Notes under the pieces: generated by a model
Told to the model about the DNA's origin: nothing
Databases searched by the model: none
Seen by the model: only the letters and a program-made list of their open reading frames with translations
Origin: a virus
Taxonomy: Duplodnaviria > Caudoviricetes
Length of the DNA stretch: 64,000 nucleotides
Strand: one strand, 5' to 3'
Virus record (IMG/VR): IMGVR_UViG_3300044724_008054
Coordinates: 1,129 to 65,128 of that record
Position numbers and translations under genes: made by a program
Part shown: positions 18,748 through 28,787 of the stretch, piece after piece
Numbering within the stretch: position 1 is the stretch's first letter
Layout: every line of letters begins with the position of its first letter

Positions 18748-19078
18748 CGTATTCGCCTTGTTTAATATTTTCTAGTTCTCTGTCTGAAATGATTCTTGCT
18801 AATTGTTCTCTTGTTTCTTTAGGAAACATTGATGCCACATCGTCCTGTGTAGAGCCATGTTCTTTCACGTATTCCTTCGCGGCATCATCAATCAGGTACA
18901 TCCAAAGTTTCTGTGCCTTCTCATGGTCATACACATTCTTCTTTAATTTTCTTCTGATGTTGGATATAATGGGCATAAAACGTCTACGATACAGGTCCTC
19001 ATTGTTCATGATGTAGGTATCCAGCTCGTTTACAGCGTCTGAGTCTATTTGTTCTTTAATGAATTGTGATGCTCTCAT
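18722..19078 (-). CDS. hypothetical protein with capsid-targeting-like leader
   Basis: MRASQFIKE; TATAAATA 7 nt upstream. Confidence 0.65.
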   Translation of the reverse strand: MRASQFIKEQIDSDAVNELDTYIMNNEDLYRRRFMPIISNIRRKLKKNVYDHEKAQKLWMYLIDDAAKEYVKEHGSTQDDVASMFPKETREQLARIISDRELENIKQGEYDVPQGTVS

Positions 19079-19093
19079 ACAAGCATATTTATA

Positions 19094-19576
19094 TTAATAA
19101 AGGTTCTCTAATAGCCACATGTAGAATGGTGATCTAAATTTGAATTTCCATTCTCCATTATGACCCATCTCTGTAACGTTTTTAAAAGATTCTCTCAGCT
19201 CTGTGCCAGACTCACGTTGTTGTGTTGCCCATGGTTCTGGATATTGTGGAGTGTAGATGCCCTCATACACCAATCCACCTATGTCTATCTCATCTATCTC
19301 TATGGACTTGATGTTTAATAGTTGATCTTTGAGCAGGTCTCCGTTTTCGTTGACAACAGTTTGATTTCTACCCTTGCCGGATCTTTTGATGATCAGAGAA
19401 CATTCCTTTCCCTCCTCAATTTCTGCTTCAAATTCTATCAGTGTTGGGTTGTCATCTGTGCTAGTGATGTCGTCGTTGTAGTAACTTTTACCATCCACTA
19501 CTATTTCTACATGAGGAGCCTTATCCCACATGGTTGCGTATAGTTCTAGTTTAAATTTTAGTTTTTCTGTTGCCAT
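19094..19576 (-). CDS. hypothetical beta-rich protein
   Basis: 160 aa ORF on the majority strand. Confidence 0.6.
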   Translation of the reverse strand: MATEKLKFKLELYATMWDKAPHVEIVVDGKSYYNDDITSTDDNPTLIEFEAEIEEGKECSLIIKRSGKGRNQTVVNENGDLLKDQLLNIKSIEIDEIDIGGLVYEGIYTPQYPEPWATQQRESGTELRESFKNVTEMGHNGEWKFKFRSPFYMWLLENLY

Positions 19577-19752
19577 TCAAATTCTAATCCTGCTGTGTGT
19601 CCTGTGTATGGAATATTTACAGTATCTCTGAACATTTCAATTGATATCTGAGTACCTTCTAGCACTACTTTTATGTACTTGTCGTTTTGAACTAACACCT
19701 CGGCTGTTTTTGTTTTGCCGTTGTTAGTGCATGTAATTTCTATTGTTTCCAT
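19558..19752 (-). CDS. hypothetical protein
   Basis: 64 aa; overlaps both neighbours by a few codons. Confidence 0.55.
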   Translation of the reverse strand: METIEITCTNNGKTKTAEVLVQNDKYIKVVLEGTQISIEMFRDTVNIPYTGHTAGLEFEWQQKN

Positions 19753-20084
19753 TTGTACATCCTTTCAAAGTGTTCTCTTATTTTAGCATCATCTCCGCCC
19801 TGTGTCTTGAATTCTTTTATGAAATGTTCTATTAGATCGGCCGCTAATCTTCTGTATTCTGGCAACACACCTGCTTGTAATTTCTTTATTGATTCTTGAG
19901 GTTCAGATTGTATTATTGTGTTTGCTGGCACTTGATCCAACCAAGTTCCTGCCTTGCACATATCATTCTGTATCTTGTGTGACTCTTTTGTGGGATTGAA
20001 TGTTGGCATCATTCTACGTGATTCGTCAACTAGTATACTCATCAGAGTGCCAAAATAATCTTCTTTGTGTATTTCTTTTTGCAT
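19740..20084 (-). CDS. hypothetical protein
   Basis: 114 aa; TAATG coupling to the protease gene. Confidence 0.6.
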   Translation of the reverse strand: MQKEIHKEDYFGTLMSILVDESRRMMPTFNPTKESHKIQNDMCKAGTWLDQVPANTIIQSEPQESIKKLQAGVLPEYRRLAADLIEHFIKEFKTQGGDDAKIREHFERMYKWKQ

Positions 20085-23000
20085 TATTTTTTGATTGGCA
20101 CAAACTTGTCTGTTTCTAGGTCGTATACAAGTCCGTGTTTTGTTAAATTATCTATCTCTTTGCCTTGGTCGGCATACATAGCCTTCATGTCTTTTTTAGA
20201 ACCATCTGCGTTATAACATTTAGGGTTCTTCCAAAACAAAAATCCACAAGCACCATTAAACTTCTTGACATAGTTCATTGCTAGATTAACACCGTCTTGT
20301 CCGTTCTGCCCTGATACGTCCTGTCTGTATTCTGCTGTGAAGTTGAATGTTGCATCTAGATCATGATCCGGTGTCTTGCTGTAAAAGAAACCTAAGTTCT
20401 TCTCTTTAGTAGACTGTTTAAGATCACTGCTGATGTCTGTGTAATTGATCGTGCCATCTAAATTAACACTTTCGGCTACTTCCAAGTCCATCGAACCCGA
20501 TGTTATGTGACTTGGAAGTGAGAACGACCAACCGAAAGTTGTGTGCTTATCTTTGTGTATTTCATAAGCCAACCTGTAAGATTCAGATTCTATGTCTGAA
20601 AAGTTTTTAATCATGCTACCATCTGTTGTGTTTATATCTGTAAAGCCTTTTGTGTAGTCCAGACTTAATACATTGTTGCCTATTGCATATTCAACACCTA
20701 GGTTTCCGAAGTTTGTGGTGTTGTTATCGCCTACACCTAATGCACCGTCCGATGAATTACCTAACCATGTTTCTTGCTCACTCATCTGTCCTATGCTTGT
20801 TTTTAGTTTAAGATTCTTGTGTAACATAAAGTTTTTACCAATGTTTGCAGAGTAATCACCAGCACCGTTTTCACCTGTGTAAAAGCCAAAGTTGTAATTA
20901 TTAAGTAAATTGTACTGTCCACCTTGTGTGAATGATCCATACATCTGTTGTGTGGGCAAGTAAGTGTTGTTGTTTGACATCAGCATATCGATATCTGAAT
21001 ACTTTCTGTTGTCTTTGACTGACATTCCACTACCCAAGTTCATGTAGTAATCTCTGTCATAGTCATCAATGACCATAATTTTTAAGTTTGCTAAACTTGA
21101 GAATGCACTTGTATTTCCTGTTGCGAAGTATGTGTTGTTAAGTGAAGTCAATGTGCCATCCACTCTGCCTGTAGTTGGAATACCTATTGCACCTTGCGGT
21201 TGTGTTGCTTCATCCAGATCCAACATACCCTGTCCGTGTATATTAACATCGTATCCGTTGATGTTTGTGTCGGCTGTGTTCAGTACAAGTTTAACTAGGT
21301 TCTCACCTTTCATGTGAGGCCACATCTGATGTAGTATACCTATTGCACCTGTAACCTGAGGAGCCGCCATACTTGATCCACCCATTGTCAAGTATCCATC
21401 ACCTGGTACACTTGAGTAAACTGAATTACCTGGTGCTAGTATGTAGAAGTCTGATGTTTTGTATGTGTCATTACAGGCATTGTTCACAATGTCCAAACAC
21501 ACGTGACCTGCTTTACTGCCTACAACCTGTCCATCTGCTTTTGTACCACCCCAGTTACCTACGATGATCATCTTGCCACCCAGTACTAGGTCACCATTGT
21601 TGTCTACCTGTGTTGCCCAAATGCCTGGATCCAGTGCGTAGTCGTAGTTCATTGAACCGTTTACATATGTACCGTTACCTGCCGAGTTCACAAGCACTAT
21701 GTCGTTGTCTGTTGCCACCTTCCAGTACTGTGCACCACCACCACTGTGTGTCATAGTGTCTGTAATCTTAGGTGCTGAGTATGTGCCGTCACTTAACTGT
21801 GTAACCGTACCATAATGAAAGTTTGCATTAGTCTTGTTGAAACTCATGTTCACTGCAACAATGTTCATGTTTTCGCCACCCTGTGCAGTAGTGCTTTTTA
21901 ATTTTGTGATGTCTTCTAAGGCCTGCGAAGCATAACTCATGTGTGCTGAACCTGATCCATGATAGTCAATGTTTGCACCAACCAATTCTGCGTCAAAGGC
22001 CACGCCATGGAATTCTGTACCATCACGTTTACCTGCAACAATACCTGCCACGTGTGTACCATGTGATATGTTCTTACCACCGTTTGCAACTGTGCCTAGT
22101 TCATTTCCGTTTGCATCTTTAGTACCGTCTTCGTATCTAACATAGTTGTTGTACCATTTGTATTTGCCGTTCAGTGCTTCGTGATCTGTTTGTTGATATG
22201 AATCAATTACACCAAGTACCGCACCTTTACCTGTCCAACCTCTAGCATAGGCTTTGTCGGCGTTGATAATAGTTTTACTCGTATCTTTGTTGAATTCGTT
22301 TGTTTTAAAGTCATCGGCATTATTACTCAATCCTACTGTTTTAGTACCTAAGTCCTCATCGTCATCCGTGTACGCATTATTTTTTAATGTTTTACTTGCT
22401 TGTGAAACGAAAGTGTCTGTGATGTCTGGTGTTAAGAATATGTTAGATGATACTTCATTTTCTTTAACAGTTCTTTCTATAACTTCGGTTTGTATAGTTT
22501 GCCAATCTGTGTAAACTTTTGCTTGTGGTGTTTCTATGATTTCTGATGTGCCATCTTTATATGTAACTTTTTTCCTCTTTGTTGTTATAGTCCAAGTTCT
22601 CTTTTGTTTTGTTTTTGTATCCTTGTAGACAACATTATCTGAAGTTGTTGAAACTGCAGGTTTAGTCACTGTTGTTTTTGTGTAATTGTCAACAATCACC
22701 CAAACTTGGTTCTTGGTTCCTGTTGCTTCTGTTCTTGTTTTTGTATAATCTACCGTTGCAGTCGATTCTGACCCTGCTACAACTTCTGCGTTATTTGCCG
22801 TTGTGCTTACTTTCACTGTCGTTGTTAGAGTACCGTTTGTTCCATAAGCAGAATTCCATTCTGTTGTTGGATCACTCACAACGTCTGCAAGTGTTTCTGT
22901 AGTCACAACAGGATTAGATCCTTCTTGATATTGCACTACATCTTCTACCTTGGGTGATAGTTCTGTTCTTGTTTCTGCTATACTACAACTTGGGGTGGTT

Positions 23001-23788
23001 TGAGTCACGTTTGTACCATCGGCACTTAATTTTGTTGTTTCGGTCCAAGTACAAGTTTTTGTTTTTACAACTTTTGTTTGTGGGGTAGTGACTTTAACAG
23101 TTCTTTTTTCCTTACCACCCTGTCCTTCGATTGTTTCCCATGTAGAGTTTGAAAAGTCCTCAACTGGAGTACCATCTTCTGTTTGATTGTAAGTTTCTTC
23201 TGTTGATTGTTTTGCTTCTGTGCTTACAACTTGTTTTGCATTAGCATATTCAACTGCCGTACTATTTTTTTCTTGTGTAATAATTTCTTCTGCTTTGTCC
23301 TCTTTTGCAACCTTGTTTAATTGCTCTAATGTAATTGTTTTACCTTCTGATACTCTTGTTATGATAGGTTTAACGTGATCTCTCAAATATACCATGGCCG
23401 CATATGCTTCTTTGTAAGATGCTGAATTGTAAATTTTGTATTTGTCTGCGTTGTTTTGACTTGCAATTAATGTTTCTGATTGTGCCCAAAGAGCCTCTGC
23501 TTGTTGTAATTGTCCTAATAATGTGTTTGCAGTTGAAATATCTTCTGCGTCAGGTCCTGTGATTACGGCCTGTAATGCACCGTAGTCTCCACCAGATATT
23601 GTTGATTGAAAAGTTGATAATAAACTTGAATAAGAACTTACAATAGAACTTGATCCAGATAAATTTGATAAATCTTGTTGTACAAAATCATTTACTGCTC
23701 CAACGCCAGAACCACCTCCGCCTCCACCGCAGGCAGTTAGGGTAGTTGCCATTGCACCTGAAAGCAGTAAGTTTCTTAATCTACTCAT
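20084..23788 (-). CDS. S8 (subtilisin-like) serine protease, lipoprotein with autotransporter-like C-terminal barrel
   Basis: Lipobox LTAC-GGGGGG; triad GVIDS / HGTHVAG / GSSMAAP; C-terminal alternating beta strands; start moved to the ATGA overlap at 23788. Confidence 0.85.
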   Translation of the reverse strand: MSRLRNLLLSGAMATTLTACGGGGGGSGVGAVNDFVQQDLSNLSGSSSIVSSYSSLLSTFQSTISGGDYGALQAVITGPDAEDISTANTLLGQLQQAEALWAQSETLIASQNNADKYKIYNSASYKEAYAAMVYLRDHVKPIITRVSEGKTITLEQLNKVAKEDKAEEIITQEKNSTAVEYANAKQVVSTEAKQSTEETYNQTEDGTPVEDFSNSTWETIEGQGGKEKRTVKVTTPQTKVVKTKTCTWTETTKLSADGTNVTQTTPSCSIAETRTELSPKVEDVVQYQEGSNPVVTTETLADVVSDPTTEWNSAYGTNGTLTTTVKVSTTANNAEVVAGSESTATVDYTKTRTEATGTKNQVWVIVDNYTKTTVTKPAVSTTSDNVVYKDTKTKQKRTWTITTKRKKVTYKDGTSEIIETPQAKVYTDWQTIQTEVIERTVKENEVSSNIFLTPDITDTFVSQASKTLKNNAYTDDDEDLGTKTVGLSNNADDFKTNEFNKDTSKTIINADKAYARGWTGKGAVLGVIDSYQQTDHEALNGKYKWYNNYVRYEDGTKDANGNELGTVANGGKNISHGTHVAGIVAGKRDGTEFHGVAFDAELVGANIDYHGSGSAHMSYASQALEDITKLKSTTAQGGENMNIVAVNMSFNKTNANFHYGTVTQLSDGTYSAPKITDTMTHSGGGAQYWKVATDNDIVLVNSAGNGTYVNGSMNYDYALDPGIWATQVDNNGDLVLGGKMIIVGNWGGTKADGQVVGSKAGHVCLDIVNNACNDTYKTSDFYILAPGNSVYSSVPGDGYLTMGGSSMAAPQVTGAIGILHQMWPHMKGENLVKLVLNTADTNINGYDVNIHGQGMLDLDEATQPQGAIGIPTTGRVDGTLTSLNNTYFATGNTSAFSSLANLKIMVIDDYDRDYYMNLGSGMSVKDNRKYSDIDMLMSNNNTYLPTQQMYGSFTQGGQYNLLNNYNFGFYTGENGAGDYSANIGKNFMLHKNLKLKTSIGQMSEQETWLGNSSDGALGVGDNNTTNFGNLGVEYAIGNNVLSLDYTKGFTDINTTDGSMIKNFSDIESESYRLAYEIHKDKHTTFGWSFSLPSHITSGSMDLEVAESVNLDGTINYTDISSDLKQSTKEKNLGFFYSKTPDHDLDATFNFTAEYRQDVSGQNGQDGVNLAMNYVKKFNGACGFLFWKNPKCYNADGSKKDMKAMYADQGKEIDNLTKHGLVYDLETDKFVPIKK

Positions 23789-23970
23789 GCCAACATACTT
23801 CCTATGATAAATCCACCCAATAAAAAGTACATTATGTAGTTCGTGTAGATTGATGATTTTTTGAGAACTCTGTATCCGTTCTCTTTGAGGCACATTACAT
23901 GAGCATCAACGGATTCCGCTGTAATCTTGATATCAACTGTGTTGATATTTTCTATATCTTTGTCGTTCAT
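23785..23970 (-). CDS. small protein with C-terminal TM helix
   Basis: 61 aa; directly downstream of a consensus promoter. Confidence 0.6.
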   Translation of the reverse strand: MNDKDIENINTVDIKITAESVDAHVMCLKENGYRVLKKSSIYTNYIMYFLLGGFIIGSMLA

Positions 23971-23976
23971 GTTATT

Positions 23977-24004
23977 ATTATAACACGGAACGCATATGTG
24001 TCAA
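23977..24004 (-). promoter_or_regulatory. sigma70 promoter giving a probably leaderless mRNA
   Basis: TTGACA-16 nt-TATAAT, 6 nt before ATG 23970. Confidence 0.75.
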
Positions 24005-24046
24005 CTCGAGTTGATCTTGCTAGAATCTAGTGTTTATGCGACTTTT

Positions 24047-24646
24047 TTAGTGATTGTATAGGATTTTTGTCACTGCACCAGCAGTCATTCCTGAAACTTT
24101 TGCTCTTACCCAAACAAAATTGCCAGTGAAATTGGCATGGAAAGCCAATGTCGATCCATCCAGTGATGCATCAGTGATTTCTGTTCCAGATATATCAAAC
24201 CAATCATCCTCTGTTGGAGTGGTAGCCAGTGTTCCCTGCATGATCAAACCAATAGTTGAATCATCATTTATTGTGGCACCTGGATGATATGCAACGGTGT
24301 GTACACCGTCTGGTTGTGAATAGTATCCGTCACCTTTGGCTTTGTCTGTTACAAAACCTGTGTGGTCCAATGTGAATGTAGTAGAACCATCTGCGTTATC
24401 ATTTGCCGATATTGTTTCTTCAACCGTGAATTCAGTTGTTGAAACTACCGCTTTGACAGTGAATGTTTTGTTGTTGTTAGCCGTTCCAGAAATTGTTACT
24501 AGATCTCTCACAGCCAATTTGCCTGCTCCTGTCAATACTGTGGAAGTAGATGATATCGAACCGCTAGTAGATATGCTTATATCCGTGCCTGTGATATCGA
24601 TTTTGTGTGAAACTTCACCTGATAATGTTGTACTTGTCTGTGCCAT
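24047..24646 (-). CDS. Thr/Ser-rich beta protein, probably structural
   Basis: 199 aa; ATAAATA 6 nt upstream. Confidence 0.55.
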   Translation of the reverse strand: MAQTSTTLSGEVSHKIDITGTDISISTSGSISSTSTVLTGAGKLAVRDLVTISGTANNNKTFTVKAVVSTTEFTVEETISANDNADGSTTFTLDHTGFVTDKAKGDGYYSQPDGVHTVAYHPGATINDDSTIGLIMQGTLATTPTEDDWFDISGTEITDASLDGSTLAFHANFTGNFVWVRAKVSGMTAGAVTKILYNH

Positions 24647-24655
24647 CGTTGTTAT

Positions 24656-24952
24656 TTATTCGCTTTTGCGTCTCTTGAATCTTGCTGTTTTTGGACCCAG
24701 TCCGTACACAGCGGCCAGTTCATTTGGCTCCTGTCCGTCCACAGTCAGTATGTTGATGTACTTGATCTTGTAGGCCTTGCCGTCTGCTTCACCTAGTTCT
24801 TCACAGACACAGTCATCTTCTCGTACTTTACGTACCCTCAACAGGCTTCTTTTTATGACTGGAGATCCCATCCAATATTTTGGTATCATACTCTCAACAA
24901 TACTCTGGTCATTGAATATCTTCTTATCTCGTAACTTTTTTATTGCTTCCAT
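24656..24952 (-). CDS. hypothetical protein
   Basis: 98 aa ORF on the majority strand. Confidence 0.6.
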   Translation of the reverse strand: MEAIKKLRDKKIFNDQSIVESMIPKYWMGSPVIKRSLLRVRKVREDDCVCEELGEADGKAYKIKYINILTVDGQEPNELAAVYGLGPKTARFKRRKSE

Positions 24953-25592
24953 TTTTTACCTTTCTAAATTTAATTACTTTGTCTATGGCCTCCTGTGCCA
25001 TCATGTATATGGGAGTGATAAATTGTTCCTTTGTCACGTAGAAATATCCACCAAAACAGTACGGACACTTGTCCTCTAGATAATTCATTATAGCATAACC
25101 TGGCACCAAGCAGTGGTCCACGTTGCGTTCCAAAAATTCCCTAAGGTTATCTCTCTGTGCTTTTGTTATATGCAGGTGTGCATCTTTTTTGAGGTACACT
25201 TGATATTGATATTTGCCGTGTGGCAATCTTGTGCAACCAACTGTGTTCCTGTCTAATTTTGTAAATTTTGGATCAACAGTTTCGGATCCTATCCAATAAT
25301 CCCAATATTGTTCTATCAGTTGTTGTGCAAGTTTTTTATCTGAATAAAACATTGATTTTCTATCCTGGAATCTGAATTTCATTTTGTTTCTGTTTTGCAT
25401 TATGAAATTAGCAAGATAGACCATGTCCGAAGCATCGTAATGCCTTTTCTTAATAGAAATCAAATGTTCGTTGGTGGTAGGATAAAATTGTATACTGCCC
25501 GGCATCTTGAAAATTGTTTTATACCTATACTTGCCGTAGTATAATCTATTGTGATGTTTTCTCATCCGATACCTTTGGCTTGAATTGTTCAA
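24924..25592 (-). CDS. hypothetical protein
   Basis: 222 aa ORF; true start may be 25565. Confidence 0.65.
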   Translation of the reverse strand: MNNSSQRYRMRKHHNRLYYGKYRYKTIFKMPGSIQFYPTTNEHLISIKKRHYDASDMVYLANFIMQNRNKMKFRFQDRKSMFYSDKKLAQQLIEQYWDYWIGSETVDPKFTKLDRNTVGCTRLPHGKYQYQVYLKKDAHLHITKAQRDNLREFLERNVDHCLVPGYAIMNYLEDKCPYCFGGYFYVTKEQFITPIYMMAQEAIDKVIKFRKVKNGSNKKVTR

Positions 25593-27888
25593 TAACTTTT
25601 TTTGCTTTAAAGTTTACAGAAAGTTTAGGGTCACTGTCAGTGGTTAGGCTGACTTCTACCATGCCTCCTTCTGTAAGTTCTCCAAACAACATCATCTTAC
25701 TCAACGGTTTCTTGATCTCATCATCTATCACACGTTGTAGTGGTCTCGCACCCAACTTGGCGTCGAATCCTTTTTTGACCAAATAGTCTATTGCTGGATC
25801 TGTTGCATTTACTTCTACATTTTTTTCAATGGTCATTGTGTTTAATTCTAACAAGAACTTCTTAACAATTGACTTCATTGTAGGTTCTGCAAGTTTATCA
25901 AATTTAATAACAGCATCTAGCCTATTTCTAAACTCTGGTGGGAAGAACTTCTTGAGTGCATTATCATCCTCACCTTGTCTTTCACTTGGTCCAAAACCTA
26001 TGTTGTTTCTTTCCATTGCTTCTGCACCCAGGTTAGAAGTCATGATAAGTGTGATGTTTCTACAGTCTGCTTTTTTGCCATTTGAACCTGTGACAGTACC
26101 ATAATCCATCACTTGCAATAGCATATTGGACACATCTCGATGTGCTTTCTCGATCTCATCAAATAAAACTACTGCGTGTGGATTCTTCTCAACCTCGTTG
26201 ATGAACATACCACCACCCATGTTGCTGTCTTCATACCCCACATAACCTGGAGGTGATCCAATCAGTTTTGCGATAGAATGTTTTTCTTGATATTCTGACA
26301 TGTCAAATCTTATCAATTCAACACCTAGTGTTTTTGCCAGTTGTCTTGCAGTCTCAGTCTTACCGCATCCTGTTGGTCCTAGGAACAAGAATGATCCTAC
26401 TGGTTTTGTAAGGCTTTTCAAGCCTGCTCTGGCAACTAAAATCTTGTCTGTAATAGTGTTGATTGCTTTGTCCTGTCCGTAAACCTGCAGTTTCATCTTC
26501 TCTTCTAAAGTTTTTAAATTACTTGCCTGCTTTTGACTCAATTGCTCAATGCTTATACCTGTCATGACAGATATCTCATGTATTATCTCTTCATGATCTA
26601 TCTTACCATCTTTTACTCCATTCAGTCTCAATCTAGCACATGCTACATCAATCACATCTATGGCCTTGTCTGGCAGTTTCTTGTCAGCGATAAATTTAGT
26701 GGAGTAGTCCACAGCGTCCTCACAGGCCTCATCGGTAATCGTGCAGTTGTGGAACTTCTCGTAGTATTGCTTCACACCTTTCAATATTTTCACTGCTGTC
26801 TCTTTGCTGGGTTCTCCCACTTGTAGTCTCTGGAATCTCCTCATCAATGCTCTGTCCTTTTCAAAGTATTTCCTGTATTCTTCCCAAGTGGTTGATGCAA
26901 GTACTTTTATTGAACCTTTTAGCAGTGCAGGTTTAAGCATGTTTGCCATGTCCATGTTGTTGCCTTGACCAGTTGCGCCAGCACCCACTATCATGTGTGC
27001 TTCATCAATAAACAAGATTGACTTGCCTTTTTGATCTAATGCGTTTACAATCAATTTTAATCTCTCCTCGAAGTCACCTCTGAATTTACTGCCCGCTATA
27101 AGGCTGTTGACATCTAGGCTCCAAACAATGTGATCCTTCAAGTATTCTGGCACATCGTCCTTGTTCTTCGCAATCCTTCTTGCCAGTCCTTCTACCACCG
27201 CTGTCTTACCAACACCGGGGTCACCAACGATAAGAACATTGTTCTTGTTCCTTCTTGCTAATATCTGTTTTAGATCTTCCGTTTCTTGCTCCCTACCTAT
27301 CACGGGATCAATCTTCTTGTCGAAGTATTTCTGGTTCAGGTTCTCACAGTAACTCTTTAGTATCCTGTCCGCTTGGTTGGGTCTCAGTTTCTGCTCTGGT
27401 CCTGCTTCTCCCGGGCCTCCCATGCCTGCCATGCCTTCATCCAGTATGGTCTCTGTTGACACAAGGTCTATGAGGTCCTGTTTGTTGACCTGATGTTTTT
27501 TAAGGAAGAATGCCGCGTAGCTCTTCTTCTCTGCAAATATTGATATTAGTATGTCCACAGAACTGACATCCTGTCTGCCCTGGAATAGTGCCTGGGTGAA
27601 TGCCCTGTTCATCAATCTTTCTAGAGAGGCAGTCTTCCTTGGGGTCATGGGTTCTTTGCCCTTTGTGATTATGTCGTTGCATTTAGTATCTAGGTAGTCT
27701 TCGATGTCTTTTATCAAAGCACCAACTTGTATTTTGAAGTCGTGTAGCACTGTGCCTATAGCCTCATCTTTGACAAGTGCTAACAGTACATGTTCTATCG
27801 TAACGTACTCGTGCTGTCTTTTCTCTGCCTCTTTAACTGCGTTTTCGAATATGTTTTCTAGTCCTTCGTTTGCTTCTAACATCTCCAC
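25546..27888 (-). CDS. clpA: ATP-dependent Clp protease ATP-binding subunit ClpA
   Basis: Clp N-domain (HEYVTIEH), two AAA+ modules GDPGVGKT and GPTGCGKT, RFDMSEY, GARPLQR; no ClpB middle domain. Confidence 0.9.
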   Translation of the reverse strand: MEMLEANEGLENIFENAVKEAEKRQHEYVTIEHVLLALVKDEAIGTVLHDFKIQVGALIKDIEDYLDTKCNDIITKGKEPMTPRKTASLERLMNRAFTQALFQGRQDVSSVDILISIFAEKKSYAAFFLKKHQVNKQDLIDLVSTETILDEGMAGMGGPGEAGPEQKLRPNQADRILKSYCENLNQKYFDKKIDPVIGREQETEDLKQILARRNKNNVLIVGDPGVGKTAVVEGLARRIAKNKDDVPEYLKDHIVWSLDVNSLIAGSKFRGDFEERLKLIVNALDQKGKSILFIDEAHMIVGAGATGQGNNMDMANMLKPALLKGSIKVLASTTWEEYRKYFEKDRALMRRFQRLQVGEPSKETAVKILKGVKQYYEKFHNCTITDEACEDAVDYSTKFIADKKLPDKAIDVIDVACARLRLNGVKDGKIDHEEIIHEISVMTGISIEQLSQKQASNLKTLEEKMKLQVYGQDKAINTITDKILVARAGLKSLTKPVGSFLFLGPTGCGKTETARQLAKTLGVELIRFDMSEYQEKHSIAKLIGSPPGYVGYEDSNMGGGMFINEVEKNPHAVVLFDEIEKAHRDVSNMLLQVMDYGTVTGSNGKKADCRNITLIMTSNLGAEAMERNNIGFGPSERQGEDDNALKKFFPPEFRNRLDAVIKFDKLAEPTMKSIVKKFLLELNTMTIEKNVEVNATDPAIDYLVKKGFDAKLGARPLQRVIDDEIKKPLSKMMLFGELTEGGMVEVSLTTDSDPKLSVNFKAKKVIEQFKPKVSDEKTSQ

Positions 27889-28084
27889 TCCAATCTATTA
27901 TTCCTTTTTGTATTTTTAAATGTGTTGCTATGTCCTTCTTGTCCCATTCTAATTCCTGTTGTATTGCACAAATCAATCTCTCCACGTCTTTCTGTATTGG
28001 AGTTTGTTTCTTGTATGTCCCATTCAATATTTTCCATACTTTAGTCCGCTTTCCTATTTTGATTTTGTCTTTGCCATTTCCCAT
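27833..28084 (-). CDS. hypothetical basic protein
   Basis: 83 aa between def and clpA. Confidence 0.5.
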   Translation of the reverse strand: MGNGKDKIKIGKRTKVWKILNGTYKKQTPIQKDVERLICAIQQELEWDKKDIATHLKIQKGIIDWSGDVRSKRRTRKHIRKRS

Positions 28085-28554
28085 CGCAGTTTACTAACCC
28101 TTTTATTAAATGTAATACCTTCAAGGTGATCGAGTTCATGCTGGAAGCACTTGGATTCCATTCCGTCGAGTCTTGCTGTTTTTGTTTCACCTTGTGTTGT
28201 TTCATATTGTACTTCTATTTGCTTTGGTCTCTCTACTTTTACAAAGATGCCTGGAAAGCTCAAACACCCTTCCACGTCAAAAATTTTTTCTTCACTTTGT
28301 GTTTTTATCAATGGATTCCAAATTATAGCATGTTTCTTAAATGTGTCAAATGTTTCATGTCCTATTGCAAAGAATCTTTTGGTAATGCCGATCTGATTTG
28401 CGGCCAGTCCCATACCCCGTTCATCCAGCATGACCTTGATCATGTCCTGTTCGAAGTGTTCGATGTCATCATATCCCTCGATGCGATCATGCTCCGTCCA
28501 GGGTGTGCTGGTTTGCATCAGTGTCTCGTGTGGGTATTGGAACACTTGTATCAT
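28054..28554 (-). CDS. def: peptide deformylase
   Basis: GMGLAANQIG, EGCLS, QHELDH. Confidence 0.95.
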   Translation of the reverse strand: MIQVFQYPHETLMQTSTPWTEHDRIEGYDDIEHFEQDMIKVMLDERGMGLAANQIGITKRFFAIGHETFDTFKKHAIIWNPLIKTQSEEKIFDVEGCLSFPGIFVKVERPKQIEVQYETTQGETKTARLDGMESKCFQHELDHLEGITFNKRVSKLRWEMAKTKSK

Positions 28555-28787
28555 TTCACTATCTCCACGTCCGCTTCTGTCTCTATGACCACTCTCGCAC
28601 CGCAGGCCAGCAACGGCTTGTCGTTGCCACCGTATACGATCTTGCTTGGTCCTTTGATCTCGACCTCGTGGCAGTAGGTGTTCTTACTACCTTGCTTGAT
28701 TGTGATCACGGGATCGTTCGTTCCGTGCTTCTTGTTCGCCCTGATCACGTGTTGGTTCACGTGTATGTATTTCTTCTTTGTCCTCAT
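28551..28787 (-). CDS. hypothetical protein
   Basis: 78 aa; ATGA overlaps on both sides. Confidence 0.65.
   Translation of the reverse strand: MRTKKKYIHVNQHVIRANKKHGTNDPVITIKQGSKNTYCHEVEIKGPSKIVYGGNDKPLLACGARVVIETEADVEIVK

Noticed and set aside
23715-23735. GC-rich Gly repeat as a phase-variable microsatellite
   Set aside because: Mixed Gly codons encoding the usual lipoprotein tether, not a homopolymer tract
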